64,000 bases of DNA, taken from contig CT868655.1 of NCBI GenBank assembly GCA_000165425.1, positions 124,001 to 188,000 of the forward strand. The letters run 5' to 3'. The notes beneath the pieces are model-generated. The model had not been told where the DNA came from, searched no databases, and saw nothing but the letters and a program-made list of their open reading frames with translations. Within the stretch, counting starts at the first letter, position 1; the number at the start of each line of letters is the position of its first letter. The position numbers were made by a program, and so were the translations under genes. The DNA is from Paramecium tetraurelia (taxonomy: Eukaryota). Shown here piece after piece: positions 1 through 13,086 of the stretch.

Positions 1-1326
1 TAATATCCTCTTTGGATAATTATTATTATTAAGGAGCCTACTTCAAAAGGTTTAGTTGTTATAGGAATCTTTGTTCATTTACATCAATTTTTCTTTTCAA
101 TTCATTTTCTAATAGTCTTAATTTATTTTCTTAATCTGTATAATCACTTTTTAACCTTTTAATATCAGCTTCTAATGAACAAACTTTATGAGGATCAATG
201 TCACTTTTTCCCCCTTTTGCTTACCCATCAAAATTTTCAGTCTTGATTTTTAATTCCTCTATGTCTTTCCTGTTTTATTCGCCCCTATACTAACAATCGG
301 CAATCTTATCATCCATTGATTTGATTTATGGAATCAATTTTTCTAATTGTAAAATGGCATCCATTTTTCTGGACAATTCTCCAACTTTATTTTATAATTC
401 AACAGTTCTATCACTTAGTATTTGTTTAGTTTATTCGAATTTTTCAAGAGGTGTATATTTCTGAGAGATTGTATCATTCATTTCCTTCAATTGGATTCTT
501 AATGTTTTGAAATTGTCTTGATTTCTTTCATCGTTGTATTAAAATTTGGCTTTTAATTCAGCCATTTCATTTTAAATTCCCTTAATACCTTCATCTTTCT
601 ATTTGGCTATGTCTCTCATAACTCTATCATAAACACCTTAACAAGAGGATTCCACAAATTTGTCATTGATTCTTTATTATAATAGCTTTTCACAATCACT
701 TATTTTCCACAATGTTTTCTTCTCTAACTCATTAATACTTTATTGTAACTGATTTTAATTTTAAGTTGCTGATCTCTCCTAATCCTAAAATCGTTTAGTA
801 AGTTTCTTATTTAAATCCTCAATTTGATCGGATAATTTAGTTTTTTGTTCTTTCAAGCCCTTCTCCAAATCATCTTTTAAAGCTCTTTTGGCGAGATCAG
901 CCTCCAATTTGTTGAGTTTAGCTTCCCAATCTTTACTTCGCTTGAATAGATAAGCCATTCCTTAACTGAATACTCGCTCTTTGTTAATTACCATACATAT
1001 AGCATTCTCTATTTGATCTGATCCATTTTCAGCCAATGGTTTCTCCAACTAAAAAGAAATCTATTGCTCGAATTCAGGATCACGTAAAGACATCGACTTA
1101 GCTGTTCTCTGTAAATAGGCTTCATACTATATTTTATTAAATTATATCCTACATCTTGCAATTTCAATACTTGATTCAATTAGATTTATAAGTTGTTTAG
1201 ATAAGAAGAATGTCCATTAACTGTGTTAGTAACTTTCTCCAAATAACTTTTAAGTTGTTCAGCTCTTAAGTCAACTTGAAAAAGAGTCTCTTCCAATAAA
1301 AGAGTTGCTGCTTGTTGTGCTTTCAT
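1..1326 (-). CDS. Coiled-coil hypothetical protein (3' end runs off the window)
   Basis: Table-6 frame from ATG at 1326 (MKAQQAATLLLEETLFQVDLRAEQLK...), E/K/Q-rich heptads, 26-nt GT..AG intron at 1127-1152. Confidence 0.7.
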
Positions 1327-2067
1327 TAATTAACAAAGTTTATAAAATATTAACTTATATTTTATAAACTTATTTAGAATATTTCCCCTTTTGTTATACA
1401 AATACAATTTATTATGCTACTGATGGCTTGATCCTGAAGGTTATAATAGTTCTTTAGGTATAAATAAACCGACATTAAAAACCTTATTCTTATAATATTT
1501 AGAGCGATGAATTCATTTTTTGACTTTATCTATAAGAGTAAATCATTTAAGTTGATATGAACCTTTAGTTTCAATTAATTGTTAACTTTTGATGATCAAT
1601 ATTTCACTACTATAAAAAAAGATATTAAACATTTACTAAATTGAAAATGTAGAATCGTAGAAAACTCATTTGATAGTCTGAAACAGAAAAAAAGAATAAC
1701 GAAATTCAAATTTATTCAATTAACTTATAAGGCTTACTTTTTTGCTTTCAAGATATCATAAGAATTTATCAATGCTTTTTGATGTTCAATTTCTAAAATA
1801 CAAATTAACAATCAAAGTAAACTAATTTATTTGTTAATCACAAAAGTCTTATCTATATTTGGTCATTCCTCTTAAATTGAATAATCTATATATATCATAA
1901 TTTATAACAAACAGATTTTATTTACATTCAGTAAAATCAATCGAAATATAATACTTAGCTACTTTTAATAATAAATTTTTACTCTATATAGACTGAGCAA
2001 AACTTCTTCTAGGTTTTAACAAAAAGCTTATTTAATATTATTTTAAATATATAGCAATAAATTATAG

Positions 2068-4751
2068 TCATTTCCAAAGTTAGTCAGCTGAAGCACATAT
2101 TCCCGGTTTTCTCCTATTTATTAATTAATAAAATCCAACTGAGGTAAGATTAAATTACTTAATTAGATCCCCTGGATATTAAACATATTTGATAAACCTT
2201 TTTAAAACGTTTAGATTAAATAGAATATTTCTATATTTGAGGCCTGAAAAATTATCTTTTCTGAAATAGAATTTATAAGCTTAAGGGCTTTCAAAATCTT
2301 AGTCATCAATATACTATTTAATTGATAATTTTTGTATAATTAAAGACATATCACTAAGATATTTATCAAATTGCTTATTATTAATTTAACTTATATTTTT
2401 GCATCTTTATTCCAAAATTTACAAAATCATGCTAATTTATCTTTATTCGTTTTATTTTTCGTAGAGTAGATGAGTTTAAATTAAAAAATAAGGATAAATT
2501 TTATTAATCTATATCAATTTGTTAACAAGATATTGAAATTTCTTTTTAATTGATTTTGAATTATTATTGATAAAGATTGAGAAGAATTTTTCGCTTTCAT
2601 TTTAAGGAGCTTTATTATTGATTTACTAAAATTATGTCATTGCCTTAACATTCCGTTTTTATTGCTGTTCTTCATCTATATTAAACAAATGATCAAATTT
2701 ATATAGTTGAAATAGTGCAGGTTCCTCTTTTTAAATTAATAGAGCAGATTATTCAAGCCGCTTCTTATCTTAAATTAATGTTGTATTCTTTTTTTTTGTT
2801 CTGTCGTGTGGTTTCCTGGGTTATTATTAGGGATACATATGTTTCTTAATGATAAATTCTTTGTCGGGTACAAATTTGATTAATGGACATTCAATTAATT
2901 TATGAGAGTCTTTCCCACATGAAAAGCAAGAAACAGTAAAATATTGGTCATCTTAATATAAAATCATTTTATCTCGTATAGCAAAAAATAATTCTTGATC
3001 ATCAGGATGATCTTATAGTATTTTGAGAAAGTTTTTCCTCTTTAAAATCATGGCCTTTGTAAACCCGACGCTTTTATAGGTCTCCTAAGACTCAGTTCCC
3101 ATTATAAAGTTCTTAATACCAATAGATGCTCCTTTATTAACAATCCCTAAATTTATTTTTCTACCTTATTAAAGGGAAATTTAAATTGAGCCGTCCTCTA
3201 TATAATATAGTAATATATCATTAGCAGATTTCAAATCTTATTCAGGCGTCAGAAGTACCTCCTCTACTTCCTTAATTAATTGCCTTTTGAACAGTTGGGT
3301 AAAAGGTATTTTAAATAATGTGCATTGATCAAATATTTTCTGATGAGCCTCGTTAATTAATTATTGTCTCAGAAATTCGGATAGAGAATCAATGATCTCT
3401 TTTTCTTCCTCAGATTGAGATATGACTTGGTTTTCCCAATAATATGTTAAGTACTGTCTAATTTGCATTTGCAAACCAGAAGACATAAAACTCTTATTCA
3501 TATAGGAATTGATTATCCTAAGTTTCCTCTTTCTTTCTTCCGAGAATGCTGACATCTCTGTAATGATATTTCCTACTGTATTTACACTAAATGGAAGCTA
3601 AATACTTGAAATCATTATCAGAATAATAGTTACAATCTTTTCTATGTTAGACTATGGAGTTACATCTCCATAACCAACTGTGAATATAGTAACAGCTGTA
3701 TAATAAAAGGACTAAAGATATTGAGTATTCCATTGTTATTCAGTCATATTAGTTGTAATAAGCCAACTCTTTCCTTCATAATTTTCTATACTATATCTTC
3801 CAATCTAATTTATATAATAATGGTTACCCAATACCAAAAGCAAGAAAACAGATGAATCACATAAAATAAAAAGGCTATCAACTTAAATAAAGCAAAAACA
3901 GAGGATGTTTTTTTTGAAATGTTCAGTCCCTCTTCGTAATTCGTTGCATAATTGATGATAGTTTTGTGATGAACCAAAAATATTAACAAACCTATATTTA
4001 ATACATTGTTATTAATGTCAAGCGAGATCTCTCCATATCTGTCGATTATGAAATAGACTAGCAACTAAAATACCGATAACCACTATAAACCATATGTATT
4101 ATATAAGCTGTGTTTTACTATCTTACTTCTTGATGTAACTGCTTCTCCATTTAAGAAATAAACTGTATTTAAACTGAGTAACATATCAAAAATTAAAATG
4201 AGTAGAAACAATATCGAAATGTATTTGAAATCCTGGAATATAAATTATTGATTAACCCAGGCCAAATCTATTGGGATTATGTATAAAAAGTATAGCCTGG
4301 CAACCACTGCCACAATATCCCATATTACTTTAATAAATTAGCCAGGATGGATTAAGGGTATTTTGTTCAGCTTACTCTATAATACTCCCTGTAGATTTTA
4401 TAAAATTCTTAGTTGTTTTTGATTAAGGTGTGAAAATGTGGAGACCTTTCTTTTAAAAAAAAATTCATCTGATGACCCTAAATCACCAATTAAAGATAAA
4501 TGAAAGTCCTTCACTTTTTTAACCTTTTGTACTTGATCCAACATATTGTCCACAAACTTCCGAATGTAATCATTCTTTTTTTCTTCTTTCATCTGCTTTT
4601 TATTATGGGTAGGGAGAAGATATTAGTCGGCATAGAATGGAGAGGATTTCGGAAATATTGATCTGCTACTTTTAATTTTGGAGCTTAGCAAATTCGATTC
4701 ACTCTATTCTGAGAATAGCTTTGCTTCCATTCCATTGTTTTTTTGTTTCAT
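2068..4751 (-). CDS. Cyclic-nucleotide-binding-domain K+ channel (EAG/CNG-like ciliate family)
   Basis: Pore signature FTVGYGDV near 3661-3684, TM segments, C-linker (QIRQYLTYYW), CNBD-like region; stop TGA at 2068-2070 after ...ADQLWK. Confidence 0.9.
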
Positions 4752-5045
4752 ATTGAATTTAATATATATAATAATCTTAACTTTCTGAAACTAAAATTTC
4801 ATATTATTTATTTTGATATCCACATATAAGGAAAAAAGAAGAAATTTGAAGTATGTTTTTTATTGGCAAAATCTCCTTTTCCATTTCATCTTAAATTTTA
4901 TTTAACTAAAAAATAACTTTAAATGGACCGTTGTATTTTTTATAAATATTTTTTAATAAAATGGATACTATTGCACTAAAACCATAAGGATAATTTAAAA
5001 TCTATTAATTTTAATGAAAAATTTAATATTCTTTATTTAATAGAA

Positions 5046-6330
5046 TCATTTTTTTAATTTCTTTTCTTCCTTTAATGCTTAAACCTTGACTTTGAAATTA
5101 TTAATCAATAAATTTAGATTTTATTCTACAAAAACATGTATGAATGATGATATCACATATATTATCAAAGTGAATACTAAGTATTACAACACTAATTACA
5201 TATAAAATTGGGAACTAATCCAAATTGAATAAAGCTTTGGCTTATCAATATTTAATATAGAAAGTAATGACTTAAATAAATGCTAAATAGAAGTTTTGAA
5301 AAGATTTAAAATAGTTGTTCAATTAATTTTGCTGATTTCATATCCAAAATTCCTGAAAATAGAATGCCTAGACATAAAATAGGCCTAGATATAGATTGAT
5401 AAATATTTTAAATTAAATCTGCTACATATAATTAGTATTCTTTTATAAGAATCCAACCCAAAAGTGAAAAGAAAAATGCCAAAATTGCTATTATTTTATA
5501 GCGTGTATTAGCAAAACACTGCCTTTTATATTTCAAGCCAGTAAGCAATCCTATTAAATATGAAGACATTTTATATTAAGGTTTTTGATAGAAGTTGTAA
5601 TAAAATTGTTTATCTGTCATAGCGTAAAAAGATATCTTATAATTATTTTGAATGCAGATAGCCATACTATAGAGCAGCACAGTAATAATTAAAAAAAAGA
5701 TATAATTTGATAAATCTTAGATGCTATTTTTGTTTGTATCTGAAGTACCTTTTGATTTCAAGAAACATGATCTCTAAATAATTTAACACTTTAACTTACA
5801 ATCAGATGAATTGTTGGAATAGATAAACACAAGAATATTAGGGTTTAGATTTCCACAGCTATGTACCAACTCCACTCAAAACAGCCAAATTTATTGAAAA
5901 TATTGTGTGTCAAAGTACTAACATATGCAATATTATCCATACAATTTTCTGTATATCCAACATTAGTGAATAATTTTGGTAATATGATGTAAATAATCAG
6001 AAGTATCCAATATAAGGGATATATCCTCATTATTCTATCTAATATCATTAACATAGACTGAATAGGAGACAACAACAAGTTTGGATTAGTTAGTAGTTTC
6101 TTTCCAAGTATAAAACCTGAAATAAGGAAGAAAATATCAACAGCATATAAGGAGTTTATCATGATTATCATAAAATTGCTATTGATTATACTTTGTCGAT
6201 CATTTTATCCAATTAATATTCCATAATGACTCATTGAAATTGATAACATGGCTAAGATTTTGAGGAGATTAAGAGAGAACATCTGATTAGGTCTATATTG
6301 AATAAGACTTGTAATATTAGTTTATATCAT
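5046..6330 (-). CDS. Acyltransferase family 3 (O-acyltransferase, NRF-6/OACYL-like) membrane protein
   Basis: Motifs AVDIFFLISGF, RIMRIYPLY, WSWYIAVEIQ; multi-TM; one 25-nt intron near 5744-5768 restores the frame. Confidence 0.85.
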
Positions 6331-6458
6331 TTTATTAAATTAATTGATTTGAATTTTAATAATGGTTGATTGAGGAGTTGATAAATGATTTTTAAATAAT
6401 TAAATTCTTCTTAGTAATTAATAGTGTTTGTAAAAGAACGTGTTTATTAAATAATTTA

Positions 6459-8866
6459 ATGATTAAGAATTACGGAGACAGATATCATCTTATCGACAAA
6501 AAGGCTTTGGAAGATAAGAAGCTAGATAAGGACTAACTAGTAGAATTTGTAAGAACATCAGGGATAAGTGACATTGGAAAAAATTACAATATTGTGTCAA
6601 TTATAGGTAGTCAAAGTACAGGGAAAAGTACATTGCTTAACTAGCTTTTTGGAACAAAATTTGATGTCTAGAATAGGTAATAAAGCGTTGGTTAAACAAC
6701 TGTTGGTATTTGGCTCTCCAAAGATGTCTAAAATAATGTTGTAGTATTGGATGTGGAAGGATCCGATTCTGTTGAGCGAAAATCAGGAGAAAATGTAAAT
6801 GATCATAATTAATACATAGATGGTTGAAAATCAAACGGCTTTAATGGCATTGGCGATGTCACATTGCTTTATTATCAACGTTTTTCTTAATGCTTTAGGT
6901 TAACATACAAGTTGCTAATTATCCATAATCAAGATCATTATGCAATAGAATTTGAAACTATTTCAATAAGACACAGTCAAGCACATTATTTTTGTTGTAA
7001 GAGATTGGGATGAAGATGCAAATTATGAGGAGGCGTCTCGTAGATTGAATGGTTATTTGTTGAATATATGGAATGAGATTCCCAAAGTAAGAATTCGATC
7101 TACAATAATAGCCTGATCACTATAAGGAGACAGATTTCCATTAATTATTTAGTGTTTAAGTGGTTACACTAGTTTATTACAAAATGAAAAAAGAGTTTAT
7201 TGAATAAACAAATGATCTTCATGCAAAATTATCCAATTAGCAAGATCCCAATTTCATTTTTAAAGATTTTGATTATGAGAAAAATGTGAGATGGTCAGAC
7301 ATGCCACAATATTTATCCAATATTTGGGAGGTCATTTCAAATAATAAGGATTTGAATTTACCAAATGAGAAGATTCTGATTTCTAATATGAGATGTTAAT
7401 AAATCAAATTGGAAGCATTGGATGGAGTGAAATAATTAAATGAAGTATAATTGTGATAATCTAAATATAGGATTTGTAAAATAGAGTAAGAACAAAATTA
7501 GTTGATAATTTTGCTCAAGAATGCTAAACCATTATGAATCTAGCTTTTAAACTTTATGACAAGGATGCTAGAGATTATCACATTGAAGTGTACAAAGAGA
7601 AAGAGAAAGAGTTGAAAGATGAACTGGTTAATAGATTCTATACTTATTTCTAAAAATAGACCGAATAACTCAAGCAACACTATATGAATACGTTAACAGA
7701 GAATTTGGAGACATTGAAGAGAGAAAGTATTTAATTTAATGATTGGATTAGGTATCTACAATTTACCTGATAAATTAAACGAATTGGATCTGTTCAAATT
7801 GCAATTTGAAGAACAATTAGCAAAATCCGTAATTCAAAAGGGATTATGGTAAGAGGAAGACCATATTAGATATTTTAGATAATAATTTGATAATCAATTG
7901 AAGGCATTTGTAGAAGCCCAATTAGCAACTTTTAAATAATAATTGGATAATATAATCAAATCTGAATGTGACAAAATAGTAAGTTCTTAGGTTCTTAACA
8001 TCTCAAGCAAATTTTGGTAACAAATAGAATCTGACTATTATGCTATGATATCTGAGAAATATTAAAAATACGAGGTGTTGTTAACAGGATTGAGAGTTCA
8101 ATAGAAATAGATTGAAGATTATTTGAATAAGTTTGAAGAAGATAGTTTCCATAATCTCAAATAAGTAATCGCTGTTGCCAGTGGCAGATTTAAAGATTAA
8201 TTATTCTAACAATTCAAAGCTTAATTCGTAAGAGCTCCTGATGGACAACCAAGAAACTGGTAAAAATTAACAGAAGAGGAAATCTTCCATTGCTATACAG
8301 ATGCCAGAGATAAGGTGTTCTAATTATTAGATTCGTTGAGAATCAGAAAAATTAAGTTCATAAGACAACAAGTAGTATTAAAGAAAAAAGCCCAAACTCT
8401 CATTATTTCTTCGAGTCAGAAAGTGTAATATCAAATTTCCTCAGATGCCGATTCCGATGACGTTGTTCTTAACGATGTCTTTTATACATAAGTCAAAATG
8501 CAATTGGCAGAAGATATCGATGTCTAATATCAAGATGCCATTCAAAAACATGTACAAATAAATATTGACTATTTCCTTAGAAATAAGATTTCCTGTAAAA
8601 CATTCCAAAACCATTTTGGTTCTTGTTGTTATTCTTTATGTACGATGATGTATTAAGATGGATGGGCAATCCATTATTCCTATATCCAATTTTGATAATC
8701 CTATGCTTTGTAGGATTTTGCATCGCCATAGGTACAATATTGATCTCTATCATTATTAGGTCTCCATAGTTTACCTAAATTGGCATTTTAATGGGTCTTT
8801 AGAACATTGAATCAAGCTGTTATTCCAATAATATTTGGAGGGATTTCAAAATTAAAGGGAAGTTGA
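6459..8866 (+). CDS. SEY1: SEY1/RHD3 dynamin-like GTPase (ER membrane fusion)
   Basis: [48 protein letters not shown], and a C-terminal TM hairpin; several tiny introns. Confidence 0.95.
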
Positions 8867-8901
8867 ATGATTATTTTAATAATCTATAATAAATATATTA
8901 A

Positions 8902-9307
8902 ATGTTAACAAAAAGTGCAAAAGGCGACCAATTGCATTAAACCATTACTACAGTATGGTTATCATAATAAATCCTAGATAAATTATAAATCGATAATCAC
9001 ATCAGAGAAAAGATCAGGTGAGATTCCATAATACATGAACAGTAAATGTAAAATAAAACTGCGCAAGGAAAAACTTTACTTGCCCTATCTACACACAAGA
9101 GAACCCTCTCTCCCAACCTTGAAATCGCCTGCTAATAAACAGCAACAACTAAACAGCATGAGTTGGATATCATTAATTTAAGTCTAAAATAAGCCAAGAG
9201 ATAGGTCCATTTCAATCGCCAATGAGACTTATTTCCAAAGAACTAGATAAGTGAGTTTCTTAGAGAATCTATTAAAACAACTAAATAAAAATAAAAGATA
9301 ATCTTGA
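8902..9307 (+). CDS. Small hypothetical protein
   Basis: ATG 8902, 25-nt intron 8953-8977, open table-6 frame to TGA 9305-9307; no recognisable domain. Confidence 0.5.
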
Positions 9308-9502
9308 ATTTTGATAAATACATATGACTTTGTAAAAAGTGTTTCTGTTAAATGAATATCAATTGTGTATCCAATCTAAATATTTAATGTTCTCTTAGAA
9401 ATCGAAGTAATTTTAGTGGAATTTTACTTTTTACTAACAAATAGCAATTATTAATAAAATAAATTGATGTACAAATAAACATTGTGTATATATAGTCCAT
9501 CG

Positions 9503-10345
9503 TCATTTTTTTGGAGAAGGAGAACTAACATTATCATTGTCCTCCTGTTAAAGTTTCTCTAGAAATCTTTCAAAATCCTTCATTCGAATTTTCACAGTTG
9601 AAATGCTAGACGTCGATCTTTGAGTCATTGATCGATGGGATAGAAGCTAGACAATGTGATATAAAATTGATACTGATAATAAACTGCTATTTCTCCTTAT
9701 TGATTTTTTGTTTTCTGCTCTAAATAGATTTCTAAAAGTATCGAAATCCAAACTCTCATTTGAAACTTCTAATTATTCCAACAATTCATCAATGTCAAAA
9801 TTCAATTCGAATTCAACTGATAATATTTCAATTATTTTATTTTTATGTACATAGCCACTTGCATCTGGTTCACCTCCCAAAGCTACAAATGCATCAACTA
9901 CAATCATCACATAATTAATTACTAAATTCGCTATATTGTATTTATTCCTCATTTTCCTTTTCTTTGCAAACCAAATCCTTACAAACCCTGGTGATATACA
10001 ATAAAGTTTAAAAATCTAGTTTCGTTGTGTTTCTATCCTCCATTTCCTTGAAAATCTTCTCCTTGCAATTGTCATTTATCTCAAAACCAAATTCTAATCA
10101 AATAGTTGTCAAATACCTTTCAACAAATCCATCATATCATGATAACTTAAGAATCCAACCTTATTATAATCCATACGTTTGAACATTTTCATGAGCTAGT
10201 CAATTTCATTCTTTTGCAAATCGCAACTTGTTGTATATTTTAATAAAGAATTGTAATCTATCTGAACACTTTTGATATTGCTCTAATGGATTTTTTGTGA
10301 TGCTTATTGTTCTACAACTTATAAACTATTCACATTATTATCCAT
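9503..10345 (-). CDS. Calmodulin-like EF-hand protein, related to outer-arm dynein LC4-type light chains
   Basis: FKRMDYNKVGFLSYHDM EF-hand, LDFQTLL, and DAFVALGGEPDASGYV (recalled LC4-family signature DAFVALGG); three tiny introns. Confidence 0.75.
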
Positions 10346-10577
10346 TTCAAAAAAACCAAATATTATTTTATAAAACCTTCAATCAAAAATGACAATGCTT
10401 AAAATATAAGTCATAAATTCAATGCTCTAATGGTTATCCAAGAAATTCAATTTATTTTAATTCGATCTTAATACAATACATGGCATCATAGAATATGTAA
10501 GAATAATCTATTAATCCATAGAATAATAATTTTATTGTTAATTTTTAATTATATTTTTTATTACTAATAGGTTCTGT

Positions 10578-11666
10578 ATGCCAAAAGTAAATTAACTCAA
10601 TGGAAATTCATAACATAATAGCAAAAACTCAATGAATAATTAAAATGCAGTGTCCCTAAATAATAAATTACCCCATTCTTATGAAATCGAGTGTGACAGA
10701 AAAGATTGCATGATGGTGAAGTTGAATGGAATTCAGATGCAACATTAATTATTTCTTCTTAAAAAAGATCTCGATAAATATAAAGCTTTGTATGTGAATG
10801 AAAGAAAGAAAATAAGTGACACCTATAAGGAAGTTGAAGAAATCATGGATGCCCTTTCTAAAAAGGAGAAGGAAATTAAAATTAAAGAGATGCAACTTCT
10901 CGAGTTTGAACAAACCCTGTTAAAAAAGAATATGCAAAATGATAGTGTAAGTGAATCTCTGCAAAATTTAAATAAAAAATTAATTGACAAAGAATAATAA
11001 CTAGCTGAAAAAGAAAATCAAATTAATCTTGAGGCTAAAAATCAATATCGACTAATTGATGACCTAAACAACCTAAAGACCAACTTAGAATCTTCAGTTA
11101 AGTTTTTAGAATAAAAGGAATCACAGCTATTTGCAACTCTTCAATAGTTAAACCAATAGGAACAAGAAACTTTGTAGAGAGTCGATCATATCAACCAATT
11201 TATTTCAAACTCAGATCAACATCTTTCAATGATGGAATCAATCGAACAATTATTCAAACAGAAAACCCAGAATATTGATCAAATAAAACAATCAGTAACT
11301 TAAAAATAAGAAGAACTATAGATGTTTGAATAGCAATTACAACTTAAGAGTGTTTGTGCTTCTTTAAATGAAGCTACTTTTATGAAAAAGGTCGCCTAAA
11401 CTGAAAGAATAGTTTTAAAGACACCTACATAAGATACCAATAAAAAAGGCCAACCTAAATCTAATAAATGTAATACATTTTCAAACCAAAAAGTGTATAA
11501 AATTTAACAGAATAAACTATTTTCAACTATAAGCAGTAGAGAAAATAGTCCAATCTCTAACAGAGAATCATTTAAAATAATTAATAAACCTTATTTCTAA
11601 AGTTAGAAGCCAATGCAAGAAATCAATAATTTCAACATTAAATATGATACTATAATATAAAATTGA
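10578..11666 (+). CDS. Coiled-coil hypothetical protein
   Basis: Uninterrupted table-6 frame MPKVNQLNG... that includes the tracked ORF 10788-10997; E/K/Q heptads; TGA 11664-11666. Confidence 0.75.
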
Positions 11667-13086
11667 CTGTTTTATAATTCCTATGCCATTTTACTTTTAT
11701 CTCTATTTACTTTTTATTAACTTCTTTAATTATATCAATTTATCTGTTTCAAAATGCTTGTTTACATAATCAAATTTGATTATGTTGCAAGGATATCTAA
11801 AAGGAGTAAATATATTATTAAACTTCAGAGTTTCAATAATACTCTTTATAAAAAGTTTTAACAACTATTATTTTGTTTCATCAAAATTCTCAATAAAATG
11901 AATGATTTGAGTTCAATAGTTTTGAATGTTGTTTAATAACAAGATCTCTAAGATTTAAAACTTTTAATCTTAATAGTATAGCAAACATAAATCTCTCTTT
12001 ATTTATTTGTAGATCAATAAAAAATATTCGATACACAGCTCTTTTGTTTATTAATGTTTTAGTCTAAATACTTTATTTATATTCGCATATTATTAAAATT
12101 GAATCTGGAAAATGAGGTTAAATATAATTAACCTTAAATTTGAACTATTAACTTGTTTTCTTATAAATATCTATTTTGAATCAACAAACCACAGTTTTGA
12201 AATCAAATACTATTGATATAAATTTACTATTTTAAACTTTTAGATAAGGTTATCTTGCATTCTCTTGATTAAACATATTATAGAAGTATTTTGCCATCCT
12301 ACACATACTGATCTTATTTTTTAGTAAAAAATTAGGATAATACATGCCTGAGGGAAATTTAAGTAACTCTAATTAACGCTATTATAATAATTTTGTCAAA
12401 TTGAGTTCTGCAAGAATTTGACAGTGCATTTATTCTTTTATTTTGAAATTGACTACCATTTATATATTATAAATATTCTTTCATGATGAGATGGTTGAAT
12501 ATAGCATATGAGAAAACTAGAAATGTATCTAATATTGGATTATTTAAAGAATTTTTAGCGCCAGAATGTAATTTCTATATCGATGATCTAAATTCTAATT
12601 TTTTATCATTAAAAATTTCATTCATTTTAATTAATCTCATATTATATTTTATAATATTATATAAAGATTAGATTGGAGAATAACTCAAATGATTATTTGA
12701 TATTCTATTTTAATTGTTACTAGAGGAGATTAAAAACAAAGAGAAATTGTTGGTAATAATTAAATAAGCTCATATTTTTCCTGACGATATGATATTTGTT
12801 TAAAACAATGTTGAATGGCTAAGATTAATTTTAGCTACATTGATTTGTATTGAAGGTATTTGTAAACGGCATTTTTGATAGATAGAAATGTTGAATAATT
12901 CTTAGAATTTGCAAAGGACAAAATCTATAATTAGCATTTTTTATTTTTGTTTTCCATAGGGATCCAACTCAATATCTTTTCTAATTAATATGTTTCAAGA
13001 ATATATTTAAAATAATTATTGCAATAGGGAACGAAAATTAACAACTTTAAATTCATTTAATTAATTTTATTATATTAAATAATATA

